Of a stretch of 64,000 nucleotides of DNA, positions 37,714 through 46,703 are shown in pieces. Within the stretch, counting starts at the first letter, position 1. Each line of letters begins with the position of its first letter. A program made the translations under genes and the position numbers. The stretch lies in IMG/VR virus record IMGVR_UViG_3300037524_000450, positions 1-64,000 of that record; one strand, given 5' to 3'. A model generated the notes under the pieces. The model saw only the letters and a program-made list of their open reading frames with translations. It searched no databases and was not told the DNA's origin. Source of the DNA: a virus. Taxonomy: Duplodnaviria > Caudoviricetes.

Positions 37714-38967
37714 ATGGCAACAGCAGGCTTTCCTATTATTGGTTCACCCACTGTTTGGGGTAACTGGAATTCATTCGGTTCTAGTGCCTGGAATATGTGG
37801 TTTATGGCTCCATATGGCTCCTGGATGTACTGTGGCTTTGTAAAGAGCAATACAGAGTACTTCCGAAAAGTCTATATCGGGACCGATGACGCAGACTATG
37901 AGATAAATACTTGGGAGTTTGATGCAGGAACTACCCCAGATGATGTTTTCATATACGAACAAAATGAGGGCTACCCAAATGGTTCTATGGGTATGGGGTG
38001 TATAAGAGGGGCTACCCCGACACTGTATCTCGCAGGAAGATCATCTGCCGCTCCTAATGTAGACGACGCCATTATTCACCGCTTCCTGGTAAACTCCAGC
38101 TTTGCCCAAACCGGGGCTGGCTTAATCCCTAGAAACGCTGGGGATACTGCTGCCCTTAGTGTTAACCATATCTGCGGCATTGAAGTAGACCAGGGGAATG
38201 CTGTTTACATAGTTACCAATAATAATGATGGTAACGAGTTTAGACTTTACCGCTATGCTTATACTTGGGCGGGGAATCTTGTCCCAACGCATAACGAAGC
38301 GCTTTCCCCGGCTTATCTTTTTAATAACGCTTCTGCCCGGATTAGGGGAATTGCCCTAGGTTCCGATGGTAATGTTCTAATCTTTGCAAACACAGGGCTT
38401 AGTGCTACAGAGTGTAAGGTATTCAAATTTGACAAAGATGATTTATCCTACTTGGGGTTCGCTAGTTGGTCACCCAATATTTCTACCTCTACTTGGGCAT
38501 ATCTGGTTGCTAACGGCGAAGTCTTCATGTACTTCCAGGGCTTAGATAGTACTAGTAGTTTGGACCAAAGAACGGCCATTTATTATGACCGGGCAACTGG
38601 AATTCCAGACCAAACTAAGAGTAACTTTATCATTAATGATAACTTGACTACCTTTGCAAGCGACGAAGCTATTGAACTCACATACGTTGCTAAAGATGCT
38701 TTTAATATTGCAGTCACTGGGGCCAATGCTAAATTCTACATTGATGGCGAAGACCCCGACGACGAAGAAAGCTGGACAGACCGCGTAGGAGGAATTCAAG
38801 CCAGTTCTGGTGCTCCTTTTTTTGACGCTGATGGTGTACCCGAAGCTACATCTGCTATTGTTGCTACGGATGGGAGTGGAATTGCTACAGCGTACTACAA
38901 ACCTATGAGAAGTGGCACGGGAACCGAACGTGACACGATTAACGTTATTTGTCCGGCAGATAACTAA
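37714..38967 (+). CDS. Baseplate-associated protein (417 aa), probable beta-propeller plus C-terminal Ig-like domain
   Basis: Blade-like repeats (ICGIEVDQGNAVYIV, IRGIALGSDGNVLIF); ATDGSGIATAYY C-terminus. Confidence 0.55.
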   Translation: MATAGFPIIGSPTVWGNWNSFGSSAWNMWFMAPYGSWMYCGFVKSNTEYFRKVYIGTDDADYEINTWEFDAGTTPDDVFIYEQNEGYPNGSMGMGCIRGATPTLYLAGRSSAAPNVDDAIIHRFLVNSSFAQTGAGLIPRNAGDTAALSVNHICGIEVDQGNAVYIVTNNNDGNEFRLYRYAYTWAGNLVPTHNEALSPAYLFNNASARIRGIALGSDGNVLIFANTGLSATECKVFKFDKDDLSYLGFASWSPNISTSTWAYLVANGEVFMYFQGLDSTSSLDQRTAIYYDRATGIPDQTKSNFIINDNLTTFASDEAIELTYVAKDAFNIAVTGANAKFYIDGEDPDDEESWTDRVGGIQASSGAPFFDADGVPEATSAIVATDGSGIATAYYKPMRSGTGTERDTINVICPADN

Positions 38968-41387
38968 TGGCTTGGTGGGAACCCCTTCCGGTTGCTCCTG
39001 CTCACGAAGCTTCTCTGGTTATCTATGTAATAGAACCAGAGGTTAGTGAGAACGCCTTTGTTTACGTTGTAGAACCAACGTTAAACTCGGCTTACGTGGC
39101 TGTTGTTCCCATTTTTGAAGCTGCTCGGGATCAAGCCTCCATTACGATTGAGAAGATTACTCAGACATACTTCAGGGATAATATCAAACGCTTTATCCCC
39201 TATGAGTATTGGCGGATGGATGCTAAGCGTATTGACGAGGGTGGGGGTGAAGGTAACCTCGAAAACTTCATGGAGGTTTTCGCTATAACCCTTGACGAGA
39301 TAAAACAGGCTATAGACGAGTTTACGCTACTTTTTGACATAGACCACTGTGACCCTCGGTACCTCCGTACAATTGCAGAGATGATTAACTACCCCTTAGA
39401 GGGAGCGGACAACACAGCCGAACAACGTAAGCAGCTTAAGTCTGCTATCGAATGGTACAAGAGCAAGGGTAGCAAACGTGCTTTCGTTGCAATACTTTAC
39501 GCTTTTGGATACTACGCGGAGATCATTCCTCTTTGGACACAGAACACAGAGGATAACCCTTATGAAGTATTCACCGAAACTATCCCTGGGGTAGCTGCTG
39601 GTAATGACCCACCGAATGACTACCCGCTCCTTATAGAGAATGGTGGTACTTGGTTCCGTAGCCCGCATTTTGGAATTAGGCTTAAGGCTATTGTTGGGGA
39701 TAACCACCTTGACATAGACTGGGGGTCTATGACCGAAGGGGAGATTCCAATTACTGACGAGGTTGCAACCAGTAGCCCAGACGGGAGCGTAACCTCTTTT
39801 GTAGGAACATTAGCTTATTATCCATTACTTGCTGGCTCTGTAGACGTTGACACATATGTACATGGTGCCCCGACTACGGATATTGTAGATGATGGTGTTG
39901 GTGGCTTAGTAGGAACCAGTCTTACAGCTAAAATAGTAGACAGCACACCAGACGGGGTTATAACTTCTTTTGGAACCGATGTAGCAGGCACAACCATAGA
40001 TTTTGCAAGTGACCCTAGCTCAGTCATGGCTAAGGCACAGCTTGAAGATGGAACTTTTGCCATTGTTACAGATGATGGCCTGGGTGTCTTTACAGACGTG
40101 CCTAACGGAATCTCTGGGACCGTTGATTATGCTACTGGCGAGTGGCACTTAGACTTTGCCGGGTCTGTACCTAAAGTTGACACCGACATTGAGTTTGTGT
40201 ACACAACCGTTGTTACTGGGACTATTGACTATGACACAGGGGATTGGACATTAGAGTTTGCTACCCCACCGTCATATAATGCTGATATTATCTTTAGTTA
40301 CACTTATGATTGGGAAAATCTTGTACTTTCTGTCGGGTACCACAAAGCATTTTACACAGCCCTTGATGCTCTGATAAAGGCTGGGGCTTCGCTCAAGTAT
40401 CATTTTACCAACGAAGAATTCTGGTACATGTGGCGGCGCATAGAATTTCTACGCCCAGTATTCACAGTTCTTGACTGGATCGAGCACGGCTTAGAGATGT
40501 ACGAATGGTTTAGTGGCCCAACATTGGACGAACCAGTCATGACGGTTAATCCTACCAGAAATGATAAGGGCTGGTACCTTGGTTATTGTGACCTGGACGA
40601 TATTCAGTACACCCGGTTAGATATTAGGTTACTTGGACCCGATTATCTTTCGTTAACGTCGCCTTTAGGACCGGGTGCTCCTGCAACAGTAACTATTACG
40701 GATGAGGTAGCTGAGAGTGTTTCTTCGGTCATTACTCATATTAGTGGTATTTTAGCTAATCAGTGGATCTACACCGGGGTTGAGTTTACTGTCACTATTG
40801 GAGCAGCCCCATATACTGTTCTGGACAACGGAGAAGGCGTATTAGTTGGTGAAGACGCTACAGTATACGGGACCATAGATTACATTACTGGAGCGTGGGA
40901 ACTAATTTTTGAAGGTGTAAACCCAGATAACCCGTCGGATATCCTCGTAGATTATGTGTATACCACGGAAGTTCCGCCGTGTGATCGTTCTGGTGTTTTC
41001 CCTCGGGGGTCTACAGCACTGCCCTTCCCGCATCTAAGAGACCCACAAGAGGGGTACTGCCACCCACCAGAAGAGCTGTTTATCGACTGGTACTGGTTGC
41101 CGGAAGAAGAGTATCAGCTACCCCTTTTACGGAATGGTATGAACCTTTACCCTGCTGCTGGACCAGTAGTTTACATTGACCATGCAGATTTCCCGTCTAG
41201 GGGGTTTGCCAACTCATTAGGGGCTGCAGGGCATGCTAATACCTTTACTAGAGAATTTGGTTATTCTACCCGTCCTCTTTCTTTATTAAGAGTACAGGCT
41301 AACCCAGACCCTGAAGATGAGAACTGGGAAAACCAAAATGTTGAGTGGGAAAATTGGACTGGTCCTTGGGAGAACATAGGAGACTAA
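38967..41387 (+). CDS. Baseplate wedge protein, P2 gpI / gp7-like, with inserted beta modules (806 aa)
   Basis: LFDIDHCDPRYLRTIAEMINY...QRKQLKSAIEWYKSKGSKRAF; three DDGxG...GTIDYxTG modules. Confidence 0.8.
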   Translation: MAWWEPLPVAPAHEASLVIYVIEPEVSENAFVYVVEPTLNSAYVAVVPIFEAARDQASITIEKITQTYFRDNIKRFIPYEYWRMDAKRIDEGGGEGNLENFMEVFAITLDEIKQAIDEFTLLFDIDHCDPRYLRTIAEMINYPLEGADNTAEQRKQLKSAIEWYKSKGSKRAFVAILYAFGYYAEIIPLWTQNTEDNPYEVFTETIPGVAAGNDPPNDYPLLIENGGTWFRSPHFGIRLKAIVGDNHLDIDWGSMTEGEIPITDEVATSSPDGSVTSFVGTLAYYPLLAGSVDVDTYVHGAPTTDIVDDGVGGLVGTSLTAKIVDSTPDGVITSFGTDVAGTTIDFASDPSSVMAKAQLEDGTFAIVTDDGLGVFTDVPNGISGTVDYATGEWHLDFAGSVPKVDTDIEFVYTTVVTGTIDYDTGDWTLEFATPPSYNADIIFSYTYDWENLVLSVGYHKAFYTALDALIKAGASLKYHFTNEEFWYMWRRIEFLRPVFTVLDWIEHGLEMYEWFSGPTLDEPVMTVNPTRNDKGWYLGYCDLDDIQYTRLDIRLLGPDYLSLTSPLGPGAPATVTITDEVAESVSSVITHISGILANQWIYTGVEFTVTIGAAPYTVLDNGEGVLVGEDATVYGTIDYITGAWELIFEGVNPDNPSDILVDYVYTTEVPPCDRSGVFPRGSTALPFPHLRDPQEGYCHPPEELFIDWYWLPEEEYQLPLLRNGMNLYPAAGPVVYIDHADFPSRGFANSLGAAGHANTFTREFGYSTRPLSLLRVQANPDPEDENWENQNVEWENWTGPWENIGD
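39954..39988 (+). repeat. 35 bp exact direct repeat, copy 1 (copy 2 at 43209-43243)
   Basis: GGGGTTATAACTTCTTTTGGAACCGATGTAGCAGG identical in the wedge and fibre genes. Confidence 0.95.
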
Positions 41388-41390
41388 GAT

Positions 41391-43727
41391 ATGGCATTTA
41401 CTGGAAATGACCCAAAAGATACCTACTTGGGTATTTTGACTCTCGGGGACGATGGGGGTGCGCCACCCACATCTAATACGCTCCACCCCACTACGTTGCA
41501 GGCAGTTTTAGACGCAGCGGGTAATGCTTCTTTACTCGAACTCAGCCAAGATAAGGCGGCTTTTACTGGGATTATGGAAGCTTCCGCTACTGGGATAGTA
41601 ATGGAGACGGGTATACCCCTGGAGTCTGATAGTCTAGTAACTGATTCTCTCCTTTCTCAGTCGGACAACGCGGTTGGTGTACTCTTTACTGCGGGTGACC
41701 CGGAAGGCTCGCTAGCGGCTTCTGTAGGCTCTGTGGCCCTTCGTACTGACGGCACTGCTGGTGCTACCATGTATGTCAAGGAAAGCGGTGTAGGGGACAC
41801 TGGGTGGACCCCTATTGACGTGGTTACTACCTTCCTCGGTTTGTCTGACACCCCGGCGGTATACTCGGCAGAGAAGTGGGTCAGGGTCAACGCTGGTGGA
41901 ACGGCTCTTGAACTAGTAGACCCACCAACGGTAGCCCTTGGTAATTTCTATGAATTAAATGATGCACCACCAAGTTACGTGGGCTTTGGTGGGTACGTGG
42001 TAGCTGTAAACCTAGCAGAGACAGGACTTACATTTACCAATCAAGCTGTTGGTGCTTTTACGGACCTGAGCGATACTCCTGCTGCCCTTATAGCCAGTAA
42101 GTATTTACAAGTCAACGCTTTAGGTACTGCTCTTGAGTTTGTAGACAATACATCCGCTTCAGCATTTGTGGGTATGCCTGACACGCCAGCAGACTACACA
42201 GGTATGGCTGGTGCTCTTGTAGCAGTTAATGCTACTGAAGACGCTGTAGAATTTATAGCCGAGGGTGGTGCCTGGGGAGATATTTTATTTTTTGACGGTG
42301 CTACTTGGACTATTCTTAACGCAGGATCTGACGGGCAAGCACTTGTTACTCATGCAAATACCGGTAACCCAACTTGGGAAGATCTTGGGGCTTTTCTCAA
42401 TCTCAGTGATACTCCAGTCGCGTATACGAATATGGAAGGTGCTATTGTCGCGGTTAATGCTGCAGCAGATGCTCTCGAATTTATAGGTGATGGTGCTACC
42501 TGGGGGGATATTCTTTTCTTTGATGGCACCAACTGGGTTACTCTTGCTGCTGGTACAGAAGGACAAGTTTTAGTTACACACGAAAACACTGGTAACCCAA
42601 CTTGGGAAGATACTGTTGCTGGGGCAACTTTTGTTGGGCTAGCTGATACACCAAACGATTATATTGGCATGGCTGGGGCGATTATTTGCCCTGACTATAG
42701 TGAAACAGAATTACAGTTTAATGCTTATTCGTCACCTGGCCCAGATACTATTGTTTTAGGCATATTGCCATATTTAACTTATGACTCTGATAATGGGGTT
42801 GTAAGTTACACCTATGCTGACCCCCCACCATATGACGCAGGGAAAGAGGCAGCCGGGGAGTTTCCGGTACTCATGGCTACTTCTTTGAACAATGCTGGAC
42901 CACCTCTAGAATATGGTGGTGTCCCTGGTTGGACATATATTTCAGATATGTTTAGTGGGTTCAACACATTTGTTGGGCTAACTGATGGCCCCATGAACTA
43001 TGGTTCAGACGGTTATGTTCTTACAACTGACGGGGATGACACACTATCCTGGGCTGCTGTTGGGGATCTTGGTGGACATCCTGCACAACCCCCGCAGTAT
43101 GATTTGGTAGACGAAGAGTTTGAAGTACTTGTTTTTGGCTCTTTATCTGTTACGTTAGCTTCGTCTAGGGCAACTACTACTGCTGCAGTTGTTGACGATA
43201 CGCCAGATGGGGTTATAACTTCTTTTGGAACCGATGTAGCAGGTACCCAATTGGGTGCCCCAGTAGAGGTGGGTTCTGTAGCTTTTACAGCTATTGTTAG
43301 CGCCTCTAACGTAGTGGTTACAGACCAGGGGGATGGAACGCTCAGTGGCCCTAATGCAACGGGTACTATAAGCTATGGTAACGGCGAATGGCATATTGAT
43401 TTTACTGGTACCCCCCCAGATGACACTACGGATATCACTGTAGACTTTGCATCGTACACAGGATCTGCAAAAGTTCGTATATCCGCATATGACTGTATTC
43501 GGTCAATACACGGTGGGGTTGGCCCCTTCGAATATGCTATTGTAGAGGTGGCTGGAGACCCGACGGGGTTATATGAAGTAAATTCTAGGGATGCATATCT
43601 TGAATTCGACTGTGCTGACGTAGGAGGAGCGATCATACTGGATGTTTATGTGAAGGACGCCTATGGTAATGCTACCTATAGCCAAAGTACTGTGACCCCA
43701 GGAGACCTTTTGTCCAAGTGTCCATAA
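41391..43727 (+). CDS. Tail fibre protein (778 aa)
   Basis: About seven F-x-x-L-x-D-T-P-x-x-Y...V-x-V-N...L-E-F repeats and two WGDILFFDG...GNPTWED units. Confidence 0.8.
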   Translation: MAFTGNDPKDTYLGILTLGDDGGAPPTSNTLHPTTLQAVLDAAGNASLLELSQDKAAFTGIMEASATGIVMETGIPLESDSLVTDSLLSQSDNAVGVLFTAGDPEGSLAASVGSVALRTDGTAGATMYVKESGVGDTGWTPIDVVTTFLGLSDTPAVYSAEKWVRVNAGGTALELVDPPTVALGNFYELNDAPPSYVGFGGYVVAVNLAETGLTFTNQAVGAFTDLSDTPAALIASKYLQVNALGTALEFVDNTSASAFVGMPDTPADYTGMAGALVAVNATEDAVEFIAEGGAWGDILFFDGATWTILNAGSDGQALVTHANTGNPTWEDLGAFLNLSDTPVAYTNMEGAIVAVNAAADALEFIGDGATWGDILFFDGTNWVTLAAGTEGQVLVTHENTGNPTWEDTVAGATFVGLADTPNDYIGMAGAIICPDYSETELQFNAYSSPGPDTIVLGILPYLTYDSDNGVVSYTYADPPPYDAGKEAAGEFPVLMATSLNNAGPPLEYGGVPGWTYISDMFSGFNTFVGLTDGPMNYGSDGYVLTTDGDDTLSWAAVGDLGGHPAQPPQYDLVDEEFEVLVFGSLSVTLASSRATTTAAVVDDTPDGVITSFGTDVAGTQLGAPVEVGSVAFTAIVSASNVVVTDQGDGTLSGPNATGTISYGNGEWHIDFTGTPPDDTTDITVDFASYTGSAKVRISAYDCIRSIHGGVGPFEYAIVEVAGDPTGLYEVNSRDAYLEFDCADVGGAIILDVYVKDAYGNATYSQSTVTPGDLLSKCP
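42160..42615 (+). repeat. Tandem 228 bp (76 aa) coding repeat in the fibre shaft
   Basis: The WGDILFFDG codons recur at 42273 and 42501. Confidence 0.8.
43209..43243 (+). repeat. 35 bp exact direct repeat, copy 2 (copy 1 at 39954-39988)
   Basis: Identical to copy 1, 3255 bp downstream. Confidence 0.95.
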
Positions 43728-43743
43728 TTTTTTGGAGGATTAG

Positions 43744-44298
43744 ATGGATTTTATTGAAGCGATTAAAGTTCCGGAAGGCATCTTCCAGCTCCGTTCTTAT
43801 GATGTAAGAACGGGGCAACTTATTGATTTTGTTGAGGGCACTAACATCGTGGTTAACTACGGTCGAGAAGCCCTTGCCCGCCTTCTGGGTGCTCATGACC
43901 CTGGTGTCGATCCTCCAGATGGTGTCTACACTGGCGTTATCAGTTGGCACGTAGACAAGATGAAGTTTGGCAACGGGGGGCATAATCCTCTGGATGTCAC
44001 AGAGATGCTTGCCGTGTCTGTTGCTGATACCGACCTGTATGCGGCAAATCCTCTGCAGATTTTTGAGGCGGATACTACGGTTAGCTGGCCTTCTTTCGGT
44101 TCACGTAAAGTTACCTTTACGGCGACGATGGAGGCGGCTGAGGGTAATAGCCCGACAGACCTTATTGACCCATATGAATATTCCGAGGCTGGTTTGTACT
44201 ACAGCGAAGGTACTATGATGTTCGCGCATAAGGCTTTTGGTTATGTGGTAAAGAATAGCACGATTAGATTGGTTGCCACATGGACTTTCACCTTCTAG
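43744..44298 (+). CDS. Tail fibre attachment / collar protein (P2 gpH N-terminal, DUF3751-like)
   Basis: NIVVNYGREALARLL, MKFGNGG, YSEAGLY, MFAHKAF...KNSTIRLVATWTFTF. Confidence 0.75.
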   Translation: MDFIEAIKVPEGIFQLRSYDVRTGQLIDFVEGTNIVVNYGREALARLLGAHDPGVDPPDGVYTGVISWHVDKMKFGNGGHNPLDVTEMLAVSVADTDLYAANPLQIFEADTTVSWPSFGSRKVTFTATMEAAEGNSPTDLIDPYEYSEAGLYYSEGTMMFAHKAFGYVVKNSTIRLVATWTFTF

Positions 44299-46637
44299 AA
44301 GCCAAAAAGCCACGTTCTATACTTAAGCAACAGCTTAAGGGTGAGTTTGTGGGACAAGACCCAGAAAATGTTCCTGGGCAACGTGTGTCTCAGCATTGGG
44401 CGCGGCGTGCTGTTCGTATTATGCAGGATTTGGGGCTTGGTAAACCTAAGGGGGAAACTCGGTATGACCCGTATGCGTCATACCGTAGGCAAATATTTGA
44501 AATCTTGAACCAAATGGAACAGAAAAATGGTGAAGGTTTCATGAATGCCCTGAACGACCAACAGCTCAAAACGTCTATTCGTACTTTAGCTAAGAACATA
44601 TCTTTATCCCGCGACATACCAAGCAAAGACCCAAAGTTATCAAGTGTTATTACTGGTAACTATGGTGGAGTTTTAACGCACCGGGCTGGCTATGTAGACA
44701 TTGATGGTAACACAGTTGTAGACATGCCAACTTCGGCTAGACACGTAGCTCGGGCTACGGAGCTTGATAAACCTCAGCACATGGGGATGCAAGATTTACA
44801 GGGTAGCAAGAACCCCGTACTTAAAGATATTCACCATGTGTTGTCCCAAGATAAGTTTGATATAAACCGGGATAAGGCGGTTGTTTTTTCTATTGACAAC
44901 AAGCCGTTCTATTTTCTAGGGCATGTAACCAAAACCGTTAAAATTGGAGCAGCCCCAGAAAAGTATGCTTATAACCTGCTTATCCCTAGGGCCATGTACA
45001 ACAGAGCTGCGATGAACAAGCTTGGTGACATGGTAGCTAAAGAAATTGAAGTTAAACATACAGAAGACTACGGCTGGTTGACCAAGTGGCACAGGCTTTG
45101 GAAGACCCCAGACCTAGCTAAGCTCCAAGATGGCAATAAAGAAATTGTTATCAAGGGTAAGGTTTTTGACGATGTTGTACTACAAGCACAAAAATTAGCT
45201 TGGGAAAAAAGCAAGCGTTTCTTTGCTGCCCAAAAGGCGTACCTCTCCTTTTTCAAGAAACTAAAACATCTTTCAGACAAAGAAAGAGAAGAGGGCCGTA
45301 ATTACTTAGAGCAAGAAATAAAGAAAATGGGCGAGGAGTTCAGTTGGTACCTCTGGCTGTTGGCAAACGAGTACCAATTTGGTATCCAAGTCCCAGAGCG
45401 TAGGACACTTAATTTAAACTTACCTACCACTCAAAATACTACAGCGACTGAAATTAAACATTCTACTATCCAACCAGTTGGTAGGGAAGATACCCCTAGT
45501 TGGAACTTAAGCTCTCTTACTGGGTTAGGGTTCGCTGTGCCAAGGTTGGACAAGTTTGAAAAGCAGTTACAGGCGTCAAACTATAACCTTGGATACCAGG
45601 GGAACAAGGCGACCACGCACTTGTGGATGCCCCTGGTTGACTTGGAACGAGAGGGCCGGTTACATGGTGTGAAGTTCCACCCTACTAATATCTCGGACTA
45701 CTTAAGGGCGAGTAAAAGAAAGTCCGAGACTGAATATATTGTAGGTACAGAAGGTGGGGAGATCTCGGTTAAAAAGAAGCTGCCCTTCCCCCAGTTTAAT
45801 ATAACCATCGGGGGCAAAGAATACGCTCTAGTCCCAGCAGTAGAGTATTTAAGGCACTTTGACTCTCCTGCTCATGGTGGGGATAGACTCATCCACGGTA
45901 AGGGTGTCATCCCTGCCAAGCTTCCTGTGCGGTCTTGGGTAGACATAAAGTCCGTTAACCCCGCACCAGGAATTCAGCGGGTTGTTTCCAAGGGGACATA
46001 TATACATGACCCGGAGACTATAAGGGCTAATAGGCCAGATCCTAAAGAAGTTATGGCTAGACTAGGTGTAGATAGAGAACGCATAGAAAGACAAAAAGCA
46101 CGAGCTAAAGAAATTGAAGCTCGTAAGAATCTAGTCTATGTAGAACCAGGGCAGAAAAAGTTTACTGGGTTCTCGCATTGGGGAACTCGTATACCCATCG
46201 ACCGAGGGGTTTCTAAGGGCTTCCGAGTAAGAGCACAACAAAACCGGGCGTTTAGAACCCATACATTTGAGAAAACATTACCGGCGGGGAATACGGCCTC
46301 GGTGACTACTAAGATCATAGATGTCAGACGGCCTACTCCGCAAGTTAACTTACTGTCCAAAAAGGGTATTTTTGACTGGCGGTCTAAAGCTGCGATAATG
46401 ATTACTCAGCTAGGCATCAAAGATTTTGAAAGAAAAAAGGAAATCATCGAGAAAATGCGTGACCCGGAGAACAAGATATTTTTCTTGAAAACTTCTAGAG
46501 CGGCTGTTCCAAAAGAAGAGCAAGAAAGAATTAAGAAATACTTAGCAGACAGAGAAGCCCTGCTAAGTAAGTTAGGCAGAGATCAACTTCGCGCTGAAGT
46601 TATCACTGCTGCTAAAGAAAAGGGCTTTATTAAATAG
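44280..46637 (+). CDS. Basic hypothetical protein (785 aa), probable internal head protein
   Basis: Starts MDFHLLE/AKK; Lys/Arg-rich in contrast to the acidic neighbouring fibre proteins. Confidence 0.55.
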   Translation: MDFHLLEAKKPRSILKQQLKGEFVGQDPENVPGQRVSQHWARRAVRIMQDLGLGKPKGETRYDPYASYRRQIFEILNQMEQKNGEGFMNALNDQQLKTSIRTLAKNISLSRDIPSKDPKLSSVITGNYGGVLTHRAGYVDIDGNTVVDMPTSARHVARATELDKPQHMGMQDLQGSKNPVLKDIHHVLSQDKFDINRDKAVVFSIDNKPFYFLGHVTKTVKIGAAPEKYAYNLLIPRAMYNRAAMNKLGDMVAKEIEVKHTEDYGWLTKWHRLWKTPDLAKLQDGNKEIVIKGKVFDDVVLQAQKLAWEKSKRFFAAQKAYLSFFKKLKHLSDKEREEGRNYLEQEIKKMGEEFSWYLWLLANEYQFGIQVPERRTLNLNLPTTQNTTATEIKHSTIQPVGREDTPSWNLSSLTGLGFAVPRLDKFEKQLQASNYNLGYQGNKATTHLWMPLVDLEREGRLHGVKFHPTNISDYLRASKRKSETEYIVGTEGGEISVKKKLPFPQFNITIGGKEYALVPAVEYLRHFDSPAHGGDRLIHGKGVIPAKLPVRSWVDIKSVNPAPGIQRVVSKGTYIHDPETIRANRPDPKEVMARLGVDRERIERQKARAKEIEARKNLVYVEPGQKKFTGFSHWGTRIPIDRGVSKGFRVRAQQNRAFRTHTFEKTLPAGNTASVTTKIIDVRRPTPQVNLLSKKGIFDWRSKAAIMITQLGIKDFERKKEIIEKMRDPENKIFFLKTSRAAVPKEEQERIKKYLADREALLSKLGRDQLRAEVITAAKEKGFIK

Positions 46638-46703
46638 TATAAGAACCTAAAAGAGCTTTATTGTTATTGACGGGGTATATCCCCGGTGCAATGGGAGAAA
46701 TAC

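Noticed and set aside
41800-43000. Regularly spaced repeats as a CRISPR array
   Set aside because: They are degenerate in-frame coding repeats of a tail fibre, not identical repeats with unique spacers.
39954-43243. 35-bp repeat as a diversity-generating retroelement template/variable pair
   Set aside because: Copies are identical rather than differing at adenines, both lie mid-gene, and there is no reverse transcriptase in the window.
46671-46685. CGGGG-TATAT-CCCCG hairpin next to TTGACG upstream of the 1702-aa gene
   Set aside because: The stem is only 5 bp, there is no -10 at the proper spacing and no U-tract; insufficient for a call.
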